Origin: Takakia lepidozioides
Taxonomy: Eukaryota > Plantae > Bryophyta
Assembly: GCA_030704615.1 (NCBI GenBank)
Contig: CM060732.1
Location: 25,544,001 to 25,608,000, forward strand
Length of the DNA: 64,000 nt
Direction: 5' to 3'
Positions 61,615-64,000 of the stretch are shown here, piece by piece. Within the stretch, counting starts at the first letter, position 1, and the number at the start of each line of letters is the position of its first letter. The notes beneath the pieces were generated by a model. The model had not been told where the DNA came from. It searched no databases and saw only the letters and a list, made by a program, of their open reading frames with translations. The translations under genes and the position numbers were made by a program.

Positions 61615-64000
61615 CCCTTGGATGATGGCAGCCAGCTCTGCTTTCACCCAAGGAGGGCTTGACCAACTGTCGATCCAAAGGGCCTGGGCATATCCTATGA
61701 TCATCCCGTACAGCCATATTGTAGAATATTTGACATGCATCCTTCATGCTTCCACAGTTGGCATACATGACCACAAAGGGCAGTCTCCAGAAAGATATCT
61801 ATGTGGATATCCCAGCTTTGATGATGGCAGCATGGATCTCTATGCCCTTTTCCCTGGGCGGCAAGACTGGCGCACATATTGAGAATGCAAATGAACACAA
61901 CTTTGTTGGGTTTGACTCCTTCCCTTATCATTTGATCATAGATGTTTATAGCATCTTTATTATACCGGCCATGTTCAGCATATCCTGTTAACATTGCACT
62001 CCATGAGACAGCATCTTGTTGAGCCATATTGTCAAACACTTGACGCGCATCCTTTAGGCTGGCACACTTTGCATACATGTCCACAAAGGCAGTCTCGAGA
62101 ATGAAATATGGTATAATCCCAGCTTTGATGATGTCAGCATGTACCTTTTTGCTCTTTCCTAGGGTTCCCAAGCTGGCACATGCATTGACAAGGCCATTGA
62201 ACGTGACCATGTCAGGCATCACCCCCTCCGCTTGCATTTGCTCATCACATCTCCACATTGCCATGGATTCTGCAGGCACCAAGCAAGGTCTTCCACACCA
62301 CAACATCTGGATTGATTGGCATCTTATTAATCAGATCCACTGCCTCATCCAGTTGTCCTGCACGCCCAAGAAGGTCCACCTTACAGCCAAAGTGCTTTAT
62401 TGTCGGAGTGACACCATGATCTTGACTCAGATAATGAAAGTAGCATCTTCCTTCATTCAGTAGGCCAGTGTGGCTCCATGCAGAGAGAACACATATATTC
62501 AAGCCGTTCTTTTGCATTCCTTCAAATAGTTGCAGGACCTCCCTATGACAACCATGTTGGGCATATCTTGCGATCATCGCGTTCCACGACACCACATTTT
62601 GTTCAGCCATATTGTCGAACACTCCCTCCGCATCCTTGATGCACGCACATTTTGCATACATGTCCACAAGGGTATTGTTCATAATCACATCTGGTACAAT
62701 TCTAGCTTTGGCGATGCAACCATGCACCTCTTTGCCCTTTTCCAGGGCTGCTAGGCTTGCACACGCACTGCAAACGCACACAAACGCGATGTGGTTGCGC
62801 TTCACCCCTTCCACCATCATTTGCTCATAGGTCTCCAAGGCCTCCATCCCGCCCCCCTGCAGTGCATACCCTGCAAGCATGGCGTTCCATGACACCAAAT
62901 CTCGTTCAGCCATATTGTTGAACACTCCCTCCACGTCCTCAATGCCCACATTTGACATATATGTCCCCAAGGCTGTTGTTCAAAATCACATCTGGTACAA
63001 TTCCAGCTTTGACGATGCAACCATGGACCTCTTTGCCCTTTTCCAGGGCTGCCAGGCTTGCACAAGCATTGCAAACGCACACAAATGTGATGTTGTTGCG
63101 CTTCACCCCTTCCCCCATCATTTGCTCATAGGTCTCCAAGGCCTCCATCCCGTGCCCCGCTGTGCATATCCTGCAAGCATGGCGTTCCATGACACCAATC
63201 TCGTTCAGCCATATTGCGAACACTCCCTCCACATTTGGCATACATGTCCACAGGGTATTATTCAGAATCACATCTAGTACATTTTCAGCTTTGACGATGC
63301 GACCATGGACCTCTTTGCCCTTTTCCACGGCTGCCAGGCTTGCACACGCACTGCAGACGCACACAAATGTTATGTGGTTGGGCTTCACCCCTTCCTCCAT
63401 CATTTGCTTGTAGGTATCCACAACCTCCATCCCGCGCCCCAGCTATGCATATCCTGCAAGCATGGCATTCCATGACACCACATCTTGTTCAGCCATATTG
63501 TTGAACACTCCCTCGGCACCCTCAATGCTCCCACAATTGGCATACATGTCCACGAGGGCATTGTTCAGAATGACATCTGGTACAATTCCAGCTTTCGCGA
63601 TGCAACCATGCACCTCTTTGCACATGCATTGCAAATGCACACAAACGTGATGTGGTTGGGTTTCACCCCTTCCCACATCATTTGATCATAGGTCTCCAAA
63701 GCCACAATCCCCCCTCGTGTGCCATGACACCACCATCTTGTTCAGCCATAGCGTTGAAAACTGCCTTCGCATCCTCAATGCTCCCACATTTGACATACAT
63801 GTCCACCAGGGCAGTGTTCAGAATGACATTGGGTACAATTCCAGCTCTGACAATGTCGCCATGGGCCTCTTTCCCCTTTTCCAGAGCTGCCAGGCTTGCA
63901 CACGCATTGCAAACGCACACAAACGTGATGTGGTCGGGCTTCACCCCTTCCCCCATCATTTTCTCATAGGTCTCCAAAGCCTCCATCCCACGTCCCTGCT
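61615..64000 (-). pseudogene. Tandem PLS PPR pseudogene fragments, ending in a PDF-motif remnant; continues beyond the window
   Basis: Many near-identical PLS triplets; E motif at 62245-62400; ALWIDSWSSPPWVKAELAA at ~61625-61685. Confidence 0.9.

Overview
Eukaryotic nuclear DNA from a land plant, probably a non-seed plant. Evidence: spliceosomal introns, PLS/E/DYW PPR genes, GH3 and uL23 fragments, and plant Ty3/gypsy elements; the exact lineage cannot be fixed from sequence alone. The window is repeat- and pseudogene-rich. (1) 1-7.7 kb: a degenerate ~11-exon gene fusing a ParB/Srx-like domain (DGNHRLLA) to a bacterial-type beta-class N6-adenine/N4-cytosine DNA methyltransferase. It is accompanied by about 22 copies of one 22-bp palindrome (GGAAATTCGGCGCCGAATTTCC), in an upstream fold-back array and an intronic array. 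This is the best candidate for an undescribed system. (2) 7.7-25.0 kb: a 5'-truncated Ty3/gypsy retrotransposon whose polyprotein carries a C5-cytosine DNA methyltransferase upstream of RT and a PHD finger after integrase. A full-length 10.2-kb Athila/Tat-like element is nested in its gag with a perfect TAGTG target-site duplication (TSD). (3) 25.5-49.5 kb: a mosaic of inverted segmental duplications and gene fragments (GH3, RPL23A, OSB-type PDF-motif repeats, PPRs), an orphan ORF and a proline-rich HRGP/AGP gene. (4) 50.1-57.1 kb: a young chromodomain-bearing gypsy element. (5) 60.4-64 kb: tandem PPR(-E-DYW) pseudogenes. All domain calls come from motif reading by eye; no searches were run.
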